This document shows positions 19,154-30,032 of a stretch of 64,000 nt of DNA, in pieces. The position numbers and the translations under genes were made by a program. The stretch comes from Prasinococcaceae sp. CCMP 1430 (taxonomy: Eukaryota; Plantae; Prasinodermophyta), in NCBI GenBank assembly GCA_013416795.1, contig RQSC01000024.1:40838-104837 (forward strand), read 5' to 3'. Under the pieces are notes generated by a model. That model was not told where the DNA came from and made no database searches. It saw only the letters and a program-made list of their open reading frames with translations. How positions within the stretch are numbered: the first letter of the stretch is position 1; the number at the start of each line of letters is the position of its first letter.

Positions 19154-20337
19154 ATGTTCCGGCTGGCCGAAGCGGCCGCGCGCCGCTGCGCGCGCGCCGT
19201 CGCGACGGCGGCAGCGCCGGCGCAGGTGCCGGCGGTGGTAGGATTCGTGGGGCTGGGTGCGATGGGGTCGCACATGGCGCGCAACCTCGCTGAGCGTGGT
19301 GTGCCGCTCGTTGTGTGCGATGTCGATCCGGCGGCCGCAGATAGGCTCGTGGCCGCCGCGCCAAAGGGTGCGCGTGTCGACGAGGCAGACACGCCCAAGG
19401 ACGTCGCCGATGCCGTCGGGCGGGATGGTACGCGCGCGCTCAAGTGCGTGCGAACGCTCGCGTCCGCACGCCCTCCTGCTTACACTCGCCTACTATGCAC
19501 GTGCTCTCCCTCCCCTCCTCTTCTCTCGCCCTCCCGACGTGAACTCTCGCATCCACAACCCACGCCCGTCCGCTCGTGCACGAGTGCGCAGGCGCTCTCA
19601 TGACGATGGTCCCAAACATCTCCGACGTCTCCGAGGTGTACACGGGCGCTGCTGGCGTGCTGGCATCAGCTTCGGTGCCCCGCATGCTCGTCGATTCGTC
19701 GACGATCGGGCCGGCTGCCGCCGCTGCCGTGGGCGAAGCCGTCGCGACGCGTGCGGCCGAGCTGGGCGCACCAGACACAGCCTTCGTGGATGCGCCTGTG
19801 TCGGGTGCCGTCCCGGGCGCCACCAACGCCACGCTCACCTTCATGGTGGGCGGTGACCGAGATGATGTCGCACGCGCCGGGCCGCTGCTCGAGCTGATGG
19901 GCACGAAGATCGTCCACTGCGGTGGGCTGGGCGCCGGGCAGGCGGCAAAGTTGGCCAACAACGTGGCCCTGGCCATGCAGATGGCCTCAATCGCCGAGGC
20001 TCTCACGCTGGGTGTCAGGCTAGGCGTCGATCCGGCGACGCTCACGGAAATTTTTGACAACTCCACCAGTGGCTGTTGGTCGAGTCGCGTGAACAACCCA
20101 TGGCCGGGCGTCGTGGAAGGCTCGGCCGCCAGCCGTGGCTACCAGGGAGGATTCGCGGCGCGTCTCTGTGCCAAGGATCTTGGACTCGCGGTTGTGGCTG
20201 GCAAGGGCGTGGGAGCGACGCTTCCGATGACGGCCCGCATCGAGGAGCTCTACAATGGCATTGCCAAGGACGAAGAGCTCGCCGGTAAGGATTTCGCGGT
20301 GTATCTCAAGGCCATCCAGGCGATGGCGAACAACTGA
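19154..20337 (+). CDS. HIBADH: 3-hydroxyisobutyrate dehydrogenase, join(19154..19427,19592..20337)
   Basis: GFVGLGAMGSHMARNL, DAPVSGAVPGATNATLTFMVGG, GQAAKLANN, YQGGFAARLCAKDLGLA. Mitochondrial-like N-terminus; the intron keeps frame. Confidence 0.92.
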
Positions 20338-20763
20338 GGCGTCAAGCGCTCGTATGCGCTCGCGCGTCCGAGCTCATGCGAGGGGCACCTGCGTACAGTA
20401 GGAACAACGCAAACGGCGTGTGTACTGCGTATCTGTAAGCGGTGATGGCGGCGGCGGTGGAAGCGGCGCACTGCGCAGCAACGCGAGGAAGTGCGCGGCA
20501 GCAGCGCACGCTCGCGTGCCCGCTCGCCGCGAGGCGGGCGGCGGCGCGCACGCTGCATCGTCGCCGGATGCGGGCATGGCATTGACGGCGGCGCGGGCGC
20601 GAGCGCGACGGCGGAGCTCCATCGCGAGCTTGGAGGGAGAAAGAGGTGGGCAGGGAGGGCGGGTCGGCAGTGAGCCTCCAGCTCGACTCGCATGCGCGTG
20701 CGCGCCGGCGCCGGCGTGCGCTGTCTGGCGAGCACCGCCGGCGAGCCAAAAAAAGGAACTGCG

Positions 20764-21383
20764 TTACTGCGTGCCCTCCTCACGCTCGCCGCCGCCGTCC
20801 GCGGCAGCCCGCGCGCTCGGCGTGACGTTGTCCACGAGCCAGCTGATGTACTTATCGCTCCCGCCCACGAAGGGTATGGCCACCACTTCCGGCACGTCGT
20901 AGGGGTGCTGCTCGCGCGGGCAAGGTGAGCGTGAGGGGCAGCAGCGCCGAGCGCCGAGCGGCGCAGCGCGAGGGAGTGAGCGTGGGAGAGAGAGTGGAGG
21001 GAGCGTTGACGTTGACCACGGACAGGGGACCACGCCGGAGCCAGCGCCGGCGGCTTCGAGGCTAGCATCGGTATTGCCGCCGCTGTGCCAACCAAGCCGG
21101 CGCCGTGCCGCGCGCACCGCACCTCGGCGTTGACCTTTTCCGTGAGCGCTGCCAGCCTGCTGCGCGTGGTCTTGGCGATGAGCAGCAGCTCCTCGTCGAC
21201 CTCCACCTTGCCTTCCCAGTGGTAGACGCTCTCGACACCCGGGACGATGTTCACGCACGCTGCTAGGCGCGCCTCGACGAGCGAGGCCGCGAGCGACTTG
21301 GCAGCAGCGCGGTTGGGCGCCGTCACGTACACGCAGCAACACTCTGCAGCGGGGGGCGGCGCGCCGGCGTCATCGCCCGACAT
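20764..21383 (-). CDS. CUTA: CutA divalent-cation tolerance protein, complement(join(20764..20907,21123..21383))
   Basis: VYVTAP, LVEARLAACVNIVPGVESVYHWEGKV and, after splicing, HPYDVPEVVA. Joined length 405 nt is in frame. Confidence 0.92.
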
Positions 21384-21659
21384 CGCGCTGCAGGCGAAGG
21401 CCCGCGCGTGGCGTGCTCATGCACACGTCGCGCGCGGCGGTGTGTGGAATTCGGAAAAGCGCCGCTGCCGAGGGACAGGGCGACGGTGAGCGGCAGCAAG
21501 GCGAGCGCGGGGCGAAACGAGCGTGCGAGCGGCAGAGCGCGCCGCGCCGCGAGCATGCGCTGCCCGCCGCCGCCTGATGCGCTCGCTGTGGCGCACGAAA
21601 TCGGTTATCGTTACGTGGCTCCGCCGTTGGCGCAGGTGTCACACTGCGCGCCTGGCGCG

Positions 21660-21740
21660 GTGCATGCCTGTGCACGCACGCACGCGCGCACGTGCGCGCG
21701 CGCGCGCGCGTGCGCGAGCGCGTGCGTGCGTGTGCGTGTA
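21660..21740. repeat. Alternating purine-pyrimidine tract, (CG)n/(TG)n/(CA)n
   Basis: tgcacgcacgcacgcgcgcacgtgcgcgcgcgcgcgcgcgtgcgcgagcgcgtgcgtgcgtgtgcgtgt in the divergent CutA / F-box-like spacer. Confidence 0.8.
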
Positions 21741-21801
21741 AGGGGGGCGGGAGCTCCGCGGCGCGGCGCGGCGCTGCTGACGCGTGACACAGCTCGCTGT
21801 C

Positions 21802-23010
21802 ATGAAGCGCGTGCTGCGCTTTCTGTGCGGCGTCGGCGCAGGCGGCACCTCAGCGACTAGCGGTGACGCGCGTGGCGATGACGAGGGCAGCGGCGGCAGT
21901 GAGGTTGGCGACCGCGCTCCCGTGCAGTCGCCCGAGCACACGCCGTCGGCGCTGCTCGCCCTGCCGGACCTGCCGCTGGCGCGTGTGCTGCACGCGCTCG
22001 CAGAGGGAGGCGCACACGGCGGCGACGCGGCTCTCGGCGCCCGTTCGCTGTGCGCGGCGGCCGCCACCTGCCGCAGGCTGTGCACGCTCGCCGCCGGCGC
22101 GGGCGGAACGCAGTTGTCGCCGTACGAGACCGCGGCGATGGGATTTCTGCTCTCCACAGGCCGTAATGGCAAGGGCAGCGCCTTCGATGGTGGTGACGAT
22201 GCCGGCCACACCGCGAGCGACAGCGAGAGCGAGAGCGAGAGCGATGGGGAAGGCGGTAGTGCGGAGGCTTCGCAACGCGTGCACGCCTTGCTGTGTGCAT
22301 GCCCGCGCAGCGTGCAGCAAGCGAGAAGATCGCGGCGCGCGATGGCCGCGGCGCTGGCGGTGCTCGACGCGGACGGCTTCCGGTCGACGCCGTGGACTGG
22401 AGTGCTCCGGGAGCTCGCCAGCTTCGCCACGCCGCGCGCGCAGGCGCCGGGGATGATGATGTGGGACTTTCGGGGGGGCAACGTCGAGCCGGGCCGCTCG
22501 CGGCGATGCGCCGCAATGCAGCACAAACCGGCGCTCAATGAAGGCGCCTCCTCTCATGTGTACTCCACGGCTGCGAGGTACCGCGCGATGATGCTCGTCA
22601 TGCCGGGCGTCTCGCACATGGCGCTCGTGTGCAAGATCTCGGGGGGCTTCCCCTCCGCGGGGCTCATTCTCTCGCTGCGGCATCTGAGCAGCTTTGCGCA
22701 AGGTCCCCCTGGCGATGGCCGCTCGCACGTCACCATCAGCGTGTCGGGGGGTGTGAGCAGCGCTGTCGTGTACGGCCCGGCGCGCGCGCCTGCGTCTCAC
22801 AACTGGCTTGAGGAGAGCGTGCACATCAGTGCCGACACCCTTGAGGCCGCAGGCTTCGTCCGGGGCGAGCGGGGCCCGCGTAAGCTGCGCGTGACCATCT
22901 CGCTCGCGCCCGAGGCCTCCACACACTACTGGATTCAAGGCGCGTGTCTGCACCACCCCGGCTACACGTTTGCAGGCGTGGAGGCGTGCCTCGAAGGGCG
23001 CGACGTCTAG
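21802..23010 (+). CDS. Hypothetical protein with F-box-like motif
   Basis: ATG at 21802; LLALPDLPLARVLHAL...ARSLCAAAATCRRL fits the F-box pattern. The rest is unrecognised. Confidence 0.6.
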   Translation: MKRVLRFLCGVGAGGTSATSGDARGDDEGSGGSEVGDRAPVQSPEHTPSALLALPDLPLARVLHALAEGGAHGGDAALGARSLCAAAATCRRLCTLAAGAGGTQLSPYETAAMGFLLSTGRNGKGSAFDGGDDAGHTASDSESESESDGEGGSAEASQRVHALLCACPRSVQQARRSRRAMAAALAVLDADGFRSTPWTGVLRELASFATPRAQAPGMMMWDFRGGNVEPGRSRRCAAMQHKPALNEGASSHVYSTAARYRAMMLVMPGVSHMALVCKISGGFPSAGLILSLRHLSSFAQGPPGDGRSHVTISVSGGVSSAVVYGPARAPASHNWLEESVHISADTLEAAGFVRGERGPRKLRVTISLAPEASTHYWIQGACLHHPGYTFAGVEACLEGRDV

Positions 23011-23210
23011 CGAGCATTGGGCCGCTCGGCGCGTGCTCACGAGCGCGCAAGCCTTCGTTGCTTAGCAGCGAGCTCGCTCATCAAAGCATCTTGTTACCAT
23101 CTTTTGTACAAAGGCGCGCCAGACGCATGCGGGCGCGTCATATATGGTGTGGTATGGGTGGCCACGCCGTCGATCGCATGCGCTGTCCACCAGGGCCTGC
23201 CTGCCGCCTC

Positions 23211-25859
23211 TCAAACCCCCGCCGGAAAGCTCACTTGCGCCTGGTGGGCCGCCGGTGCGCCGTTGAGGCTGTACCCAATCTTGAGCTTCATCACCAGAGG
23301 CTTTTGCCCGTGCATCGTGTTGGTGACAGTGAGCACCTGCGTAGTGGGCGCGCCCGACCCGCTCGCGGGCACGAATTGCGCGCTCGCGGGCTCCAGCTTG
23401 AGCTGCATGAACTTGGGCACCGCCGCCTGCAGGGAGAAATTCATCATCGGCACCGCGTTGCTGTTGGTGTATGTAGCCGCCACCCGCGTCACACCTGGGT
23501 TTGAGGGATCGGGCTTGCTGCACGAAAACGCCACGGTGAGCCCCCCTTCAGCGAACGCCGTGAAGGGCGCCGCCGACGGCGCAGCCGCCGCGGGCGCTGT
23601 CGCGGGCATGGCTGGCATGCCCCCGCCGAGCCCTCCGAGCATATCCGTACCCGCCCCGCCCATGGCCGGGGCCGGCGCTGGCGCCATCCCACCCATCAGC
23701 GCAGCGAGCGGATCTGCCGGTGCCGAGGGCGCGGCGGGCGCGGCGGGCGCCGGCGCCACCCCGCCCATGAGCGCAGCGAGAGGATCCACGGGCGCCGACG
23801 GCGCCGCCACCCCGGACGCGGGCTGATCCATCGACACCCCCCCGAGCAGATCGGCCAGCGCGTCGCCGCCTGCGCCCTGCGCAACAGCAGCTGCCCCAGC
23901 ATCGCCCGCTCCCATGTCGAGGAGGTCACCCAACAAGTCGCCTCCACCAGCCGCCGCACCACCAGGCGCTGTCTGTCCGGCGACGGCCCCCGCCACAGCG
24001 CCCGCCCCCGAAGCAGCGGCATCCTGCAGTCCCCCATCGCGCTTTGCCGCCCACGCGGCCGCATCGAGCGGCGGCATGCGCTCCAACAACTGCGGCACGA
24101 TGCCTTGGTGCTGGAAGATCTTGGCGTACTCGCACGCGCGGCTTTGCACCTCGAGATCAACGTAGCGCTTGAACTCGGCGATAAGCGCCTCGCAGCGCGA
24201 GGCCTGGCCCGGCATGCGTCCACTCAGCTTGATGAGGGCAGTGAGCGCATACACGCGCGTCTCCGCCAGCAGCACGGGGTCGCGCAGCACAGCCTCGAGA
24301 GAATCGACGACATCGCCGTCCGTGACGGTGATGGGCTCCTCGTCCTCGAGCTCGCCCTCACGCGTCAGGAGGAGCTCACCAAACTCGCCGACGATCCACA
24401 TCGCGACCTGCAGCAGGTTGTCGTTCTTGGCCGCCTTCTTCTCCTCGTCAGATGCCGCACCGCCGGGCAGGACCTTGGCCATCGTGCTATAGAACGTGCG
24501 CGCGGCGTAGCCTTGCAGCTCAGGCGCGTTAGTGACCAGCACGATCACGCTCCGGCAGGTGCTCTCCGAGACGTGCTCGCCGGCCTGCTCGAGCAGATGC
24601 CTGGCCGTGTCGAGGTGCCAGCGCTTTTCCGGAGCGAACCTCTCGACGAGGGTGCCAATCTTGTTCGCGAGATCCGGGCGGAACTCCGAGTCGCTCACCA
24701 CGAGGTAGTCGATGAGCTCCTTGGCGAGCACGGTGATGTTGTTCTCGTTCACGAGCGCGTATACAAGCTCTAGCGCGCGGCGGCGGATGGAGACATCGGA
24801 GTCCTTCACGCATCCCACGATCATGGAGCGGTGGCGCTGGACGGCCTGCGTGTCGACGGACACGACCTTGGCGAGCGTGTTGAGCGCGACATAGCGGATG
24901 TTGTTGTCCGTCTTCTGCAAGAACTTGCCAAGCACGTTGATGGCCAGCACGCGCAGGCCGCTGATGCTCTCCACGCCCATGATGGTCTGCACACACTCGT
25001 AGAGCACCGCGTTGCCTGCATTTTTGCTCGTGTTCGTGTTGGTGGCGACCTGCGCGAGAATGTCGCTCATGAGGTCGCTCGCGTCCGCGTCGCCGTGTCC
25101 CAGGATGCGCAGCAGGCGCAAGACCTTCACCTGCAGGAAAGGGTCGTTGAGGCCGCCAACGTCGTGTTCTGCGCTGAAGGAGCTGCCGACGAGGTTCTTT
25201 AGCACGCGCACGAGCACGGCCACCTTCGAGCGGAAGAAATCTGCGGTCTCGGGGAAGCTCTCGCACATCTCGGTGACGAGAGTCACAGCACTGATCAGCA
25301 CGCCGTGGTGCCTGTCCTCGAGCAGCTTCGCCGCCGGCGCGAGGAAGTCCTCCACGAGCTCGGGCACCTTCTTGAGCACGCGCACCGAAGCGAGCGCGGC
25401 CTTTTTGCGGATGAAGGAGTTCTTCGAGCCCAGCAGCTTCTCGACCTCAGGAGCCAGGTCGCGCGCCATCTCTGCCGAGCTGATGTTGCCAAGCGCGGTC
25501 AGCGACAGCCCGACGATGAATTGGTTGCTCGACAGCAGATCGTTCTTCATCGAGTTGGTGACCAGCATCAGTACCTCCTGCCTCTCGTCGAGGAGCACCA
25601 TGAGCGCGAGGTAGCCGATGCGCTTGTCGGGATAATTGCCGCTCGCGATGAGCTTCACACACTCCATCTGGCCGAAGTGCGTTGGGTACCCCAGCATGTG
25701 GATGAACATAAGCTTGGCGACATTGCGGTGCCGCACCGAGTCCTGGTCGGGCGAGTCAGTCTCCTTGAAGGCTGCACGAAGCGCGGCACACTCCTTCGCG
25801 ATGGTCTCGCGCTCCTGTGCCGCGGTCTTGCACGCGCGCACCGCGCGGATGAGGTCGCT
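23211..25859 (-). CDS. AP1G: AP-1 complex gamma adaptin (short first exon upstream, possibly near 26225)
   Basis: DLIRAVRACKTAAQERE, HRNVAKLMFIHMLGYPTHFGQMECVKL, NDPFLQVKVLRLLRILG, DNNIRYVALNTL; ear domain FSLQAAVPKFMQLKLEPAS. Acceptor TAG at 25860. Confidence 0.95.
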   Translation of the reverse strand, partial: SDLIRAVRACKTAAQERETIAKECAALRAAFKETDSPDQDSVRHRNVAKLMFIHMLGYPTHFGQMECVKLIASGNYPDKRIGYLALMVLLDERQEVLMLVTNSMKNDLLSSNQFIVGLSLTALGNISSAEMARDLAPEVEKLLGSKNSFIRKKAALASVRVLKKVPELVEDFLAPAAKLLEDRHHGVLISAVTLVTEMCESFPETADFFRSKVAVLVRVLKNLVGSSFSAEHDVGGLNDPFLQVKVLRLLRILGHGDADASDLMSDILAQVATNTNTSKNAGNAVLYECVQTIMGVESISGLRVLAINVLGKFLQKTDNNIRYVALNTLAKVVSVDTQAVQRHRSMIVGCVKDSDVSIRRRALELVYALVNENNITVLAKELIDYLVVSDSEFRPDLANKIGTLVERFAPEKRWHLDTARHLLEQAGEHVSESTCRSVIVLVTNAPELQGYAARTFYSTMAKVLPGGAASDEEKKAAKNDNLLQVAMWIVGEFGELLLTREGELEDEEPITVTDGDVVDSLEAVLRDPVLLAETRVYALTALIKLSGRMPGQASRCEALIAEFKRYVDLEVQSRACEYAKIFQHQGIVPQLLERMPPLDAAAWAAKRDGGLQDAAASGAGAVAGAVAGQTAPGGAAAGGGDLLGDLLDMGAGDAGAAAVAQGAGGDALADLLGGVSMDQPASGVAAPSAPVDPLAALMGGVAPAPAAPAAPSAPADPLAALMGGMAPAPAPAMGGAGTDMLGGLGGGMPAMPATAPAAAAPSAAPFTAFAEGGLTVAFSCSKPDPSNPGVTRVAATYTNSNAVPMMNFSLQAAVPKFMQLKLEPASAQFVPASGSGAPTTQVLTVTNTMHGQKPLVMKLKIGYSLNGAPAAHQAQVSFPAGV

Positions 25860-26831
25860 ACCGCGTGTCGTGAAGCACCATCAACGGTGGGCGCGGCGTG
25901 GGGTGTTGCGGATTGCGACGGGTGCGGGGACGCAAGTGCGCACCGCCACGCAGCGGGTCAGCCGCAATCTTCACTGAGCACGAGCGTGAATGGCGCGGAT
26001 CGCGCGCGCAGCGCGCATTGTGCGGGTGCGCGTCGCGCGCACTCCGCCCACATGCGCGCGCAAAAGCGCGCGAGAAAACGCGTGTACGCGCAAGTCGACC
26101 GCCCCGCCGCCGCGGTGCGCGCGCACTCGCGGGCAGGCGCCGAGCTCTCCACCTCGTCCCCGCCACAACGCGCAGCCACCCTGGTCGCACCGCCGCGTCG
26201 GTCTCCCCGAAGGCGGCCGCGCCATCGCCCTGCCCAGCCGCCCTGCCCTGGCCCGCCCCCCCAAAGGCAGACAACACGCCGCCGCGCTACTGCGCGCCCG
26301 CGCCCGACCCGCCCCCCTCCCCAGGCACAGCAGCCCGCGCCCCACGCGCGCGCGCTGTGGCGCAGACCTGATGAGGGCTGATCGGGCCCTGCTGCGCCCC
26401 TGCCCTGCGCACACCCGACGCGTCGGTCGACCCCGGTCTACGAGGGAAGCCGTTGGGAGTACCCCTTATGTCGTATGGAAATCGACGCCCAGACACGATT
26501 AGTCCCAGGCCCGACCGGGATCGATCGGCCTGGCCTCGGATCGCGATCGGCTGTTGGCGCCATTTCTTTTTTGTTTTTTGTTTTTTCGCGTGGCCCGCGC
26601 GGGCGGGGCGCGCGCGGCACAGGGCGCGCGCGCGTGCGCGCACAGGGGTTGCGCCGCCGCCGTCGCGGCCGCGCAGCGGTCGGCGCGCGCCTCGGCGCTC
26701 GCAACGAAGGGCGGGCGTACGAGGGGGACAAGCAAGGGAGGAGTGGAGGGGCTGGGCGCGCCCGCGGGCCGTAGGCTCGGGCGGCCGCGCGGCAGAGCAG
26801 GCGCCCAGGCGCTCGTGGTCCGCTGGCGGCC

Positions 26832-27464
26832 ATGCAGAATCAATCGCAGCTCACGCGGCAGACCATCACGCTCAAGGGCAGCACGAAAATTGTGACCGAG
26901 TTCTTCGGCTATGCGGTGAACTCTGTGCTCTACCAACGTGGGATCTACGGCCCCGAAACGTTCACGCCGGTGAAGAAGTACGGCCTGCAGCTGATGGTTA
27001 CGACCGACCCAGGCCTCACCAAGTACCTCAGCTCGGTTCTCAAGCAGATTTCTGAGTGGCTCATCGAGGGTCGCCTGCAGAAGCTCGTGTTGGTGATCTG
27101 CAAGCTGGACGGCGGCGAGACCATCGAGCGCTGGGCGTTCGACGTGCAGACCGATCAGGAGTGCGTGAACGAGGGCAAGACGCACGAAAAGTCTGAGGAG
27201 GAAATCCAACGCGAGATCCAGGCCGTGGTGCGCCAGATCACCGCGTCAATCACCTTCCTTCCGCTGCTCAACGACGTGTGCACCTTCGACCTGCTGTGCT
27301 ACACCGACAAGGACTCCGACGTGCCGCTTCAATGGGAGGAAAGCGAGGCAAAGTACATCGCCAACCAGGCCGAGGTCAAGCTGCGCTCATTTTCCACCAG
27401 CGTGCATACTGTGGAGCCGATGGTGGCCTACAAGGCCGAGGAGGATGAATTCAGCCTCCTGTAA
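26832..27464 (+). CDS. MAD2: Spindle checkpoint HORMA protein MAD2
   Basis: TITLKGSTKIVTEFFGYAVNSVLYQRGIY, KKYGLQLMVT, ERWAFDV, EIQAVVRQITASITFLP, VKLRSFSTSVH. Confidence 0.96.
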   Translation: MQNQSQLTRQTITLKGSTKIVTEFFGYAVNSVLYQRGIYGPETFTPVKKYGLQLMVTTDPGLTKYLSSVLKQISEWLIEGRLQKLVLVICKLDGGETIERWAFDVQTDQECVNEGKTHEKSEEEIQREIQAVVRQITASITFLPLLNDVCTFDLLCYTDKDSDVPLQWEESEAKYIANQAEVKLRSFSTSVHTVEPMVAYKAEEDEFSLL

Positions 27465-27797
27465 GGCCGACGGGACGCGCGCGGTAAACCCCACCAGTTT
27501 GCGTGCATTTCGCACACCTCGAGCGCAGCCGCGGCCCAGGTGCGGTGCCGCCCGGACCAGCGCCTCCCAGTAGCGTGGTTGCACTCACGGTCGTTACATA
27601 TGGGGTGGTCATGCCGCCCACCGCGCTTGTTAAGGCACGCGCTCGCGTCCGTGCACGTGCTTTTCGCTTCCCGGCACGTGCGCGCACGAATCCGCATCCA
27701 CCGCGTGCCGATCTGTCCAACTACTACAGTGACACACCGCGCACAAGCCCCCCCGTCGCTGCACTGCACATTGCAAGGCCTAAGGCGACGCGGGGGC

Positions 27798-29483
27798 TCA
27801 GTCGCGCAGCTTGGGGATGGCAAAGGCGCTCTTGAAGAGGCCAAGCGCGCTGGGCTTGCGCGGCCCGTTCGCCCCCTTCTTCCCCACCTTGCCCCCCTTG
27901 GGGCCGCCCACGCGCTGCACGGCGACCGTCGGCACGTTAGAGGCGACCTTCATGAGCGGCTTGCGCGCCGGCGGGGCCTTCGGCCCTCCACGAGCATTCC
28001 TCGCTCCCGCCGCGCGGCGTTCGCGGTCCATGTCCGCCAGCGCCGGCGCCAGTTGCCGCGCGAGCGGCGGCGTCTTTGCGTCCGCCTTGGCGGCGGCGGC
28101 CGCCTCCGCATCTTCTCTCTGCTTCTTCGCCTTGGCTGCCTCTGCCGCCGCCGCCTCCTCCGCAGTCTTGTCCTCGTCACGCTTGCCCTTGCCCACCTTC
28201 TTGATCACCGTGGTCATCGTGCGCGCCTTCTTAGTCGAGCGCATCTGCCGGCTCATAGCACGACCGAGCCCCGCGCAGCCTGAGGACGGTGCCGATGAGG
28301 GCGCATCGGACACAGGTGTCACCGCCGGCGACATCTCCGCAGCTCCCGGTGCTGCGCCCGCCTCAGCCGCGCCCACCTCAGGGCTCGCGCTGCCCTCGTC
28401 GCTGCCCGCGCGCTTCTTTCCCTTCGCCTTGACGGCGACCTTGGCCTTGCTCTTTCCCTTGGCGGCCTTCTTGCTGTTGTCGAGCTCAATGAGCGCCGCC
28501 GCGGCCGCCGAGACCGCCGCTCCTGCGGAGGCGTTGTCGGCAGCGGCCTGCGCCTCGGCGAGCTGCTTCCTCAGCCTGGCGACCTCCGCGGCGTGCTCCT
28601 TCCTCGCCTTGGCGCTGTCCTTGCGCGCCGCCTGCTGCGCGGCCTTCAGCTCAGCCTTGGCGTCGGCAAGTTCGACTTCGAGTACCTCTGCGCGCTTCCT
28701 GTGAGGTGTGGCGCGCTCCCTGCGGCGCTCAGCCTCCAGCTGGGCGGCCTGGGCCTCGTTCTCCGCCTCGAGCGTGTCCAGCGCCCCCTCGGCCTCCTCG
28801 CGCAGGCGCTTGAGCGCCCCCTCGCGCCTCGCAACGCGCGCGTCGGCGCTCTGCGCGAGGGTGAGCGCGCAGCCTGCGCGCACTCGAACTGCTGCCGCGC
28901 GACGCTCCGTGAGCGCAGCGAATGCACGCCTGTCGTCGGCAGCCTCAGCCGCGGCCGCAAGGCGAAGGCGCAGCATGAAGACGGTCTGCGCGTTGGCGGG
29001 ACGTGAGCAGGGGCCGGGCAGTCAGCGCGCGCGTGCCAACGGCGCGCGTCGGCGCTACGAGTTGTGCCGCCGCAAGGGCGCGTAGGACAAACACAAGGGC
29101 TGGGGAGCGCTTGAGGCACCCAGGCCCGCGCGCCCGCGCTGCCTCACCTTTTTGAGCTCGATTGCGTGCATCGCCTCGGCGGCCTGCGCGAGCTTCGCGA
29201 CGAACGCCTCCCCGCGCAGGGCGGCGGCCTCCTCCGCACGGCGCTCGTCCGCCTGGCGCGCATCCCTCTCCCTCCGTTCTCCCTCGAGCGCCGACAGCTG
29301 CGCGGCTACGCCGGCTGCGGCCTCGTCGACCGCCGAGTGCGCGCGCACGCACTCAAGCTCGTCCAGCGCCTTGGCGAGGGCCGCCTGCAGCGCCGCGCTC
29401 TCGCCGTCGGCGGCGGCGGCGGCGGCGGCAGAGTGCCGCTTTGCGCGCGCGCGCCGCGCCGCGCCGCGCGCGCTCTCACCCAC
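27798..29483 (-). CDS. Coiled-coil protein with basic disordered tail; intron 28986..29147; start uncertain
   Basis: Two Ala/Glu-rich helical ORFs joined in frame by a GTGAG...CAG intron (ELKK|TVFMLRL). Ends LFKSAFAIPKLRD. No in-frame ATG upstream of 29483. Confidence 0.7.
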
Positions 29484-30032
29484 GGGAGATCAATTTACAC
29501 GTCACTATGCATTGCCGCCCGCCCCGCGCGCGCGCCCCCCGCGCGCCGCGTGCAACAGCTCTTTTTTTTGTGCGGGGCGATTCGCCGCGGCGCCCAGGGG
29601 GAACAAGTGAGCGCTTTCCCCGGTCAACTCCTCGAAACCGGTTCAGGTCATCCCATTCGGACACGACGTTCCCGAACGTGTTCGGGAAAGGCACACCGAT
29701 ATCAAATCCGAACCCTGATGTCCAGTAGCATGCCACCCTACATGTACGTAGTCCTAAGTGCGTCAAAATGCACGCAAGACATGTCTTCAAAACATGTGTT
29801 CGAAGCCACGCGTGATTGCCATTGTGTCTGTTGGGGCCACGCGCGCCGCTCTCGGTGCGCCACTCTCGGCGCGCGGCGCGGCGCTCCGCCCGGCTGGGGG
29901 GACGGGCGGGCGGCCCGGCGAGGAGCTTCCCGGGGCGGGCCCGGCGCGGGAGGGCCGCCGCGAGCACCGCGCCGGACCCGGTCTGAGGACGTGTGTGCGC
30001 GCACGCGTATCTGAGGCTGCGCAAGGGGCGTC

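Noticed and set aside
23640-23960. Repeated DPLAALMGG / DLL motifs in AP-1 gamma
   Set aside because: Ordinary adaptin hinge with clathrin-binding-type motifs; not novel.
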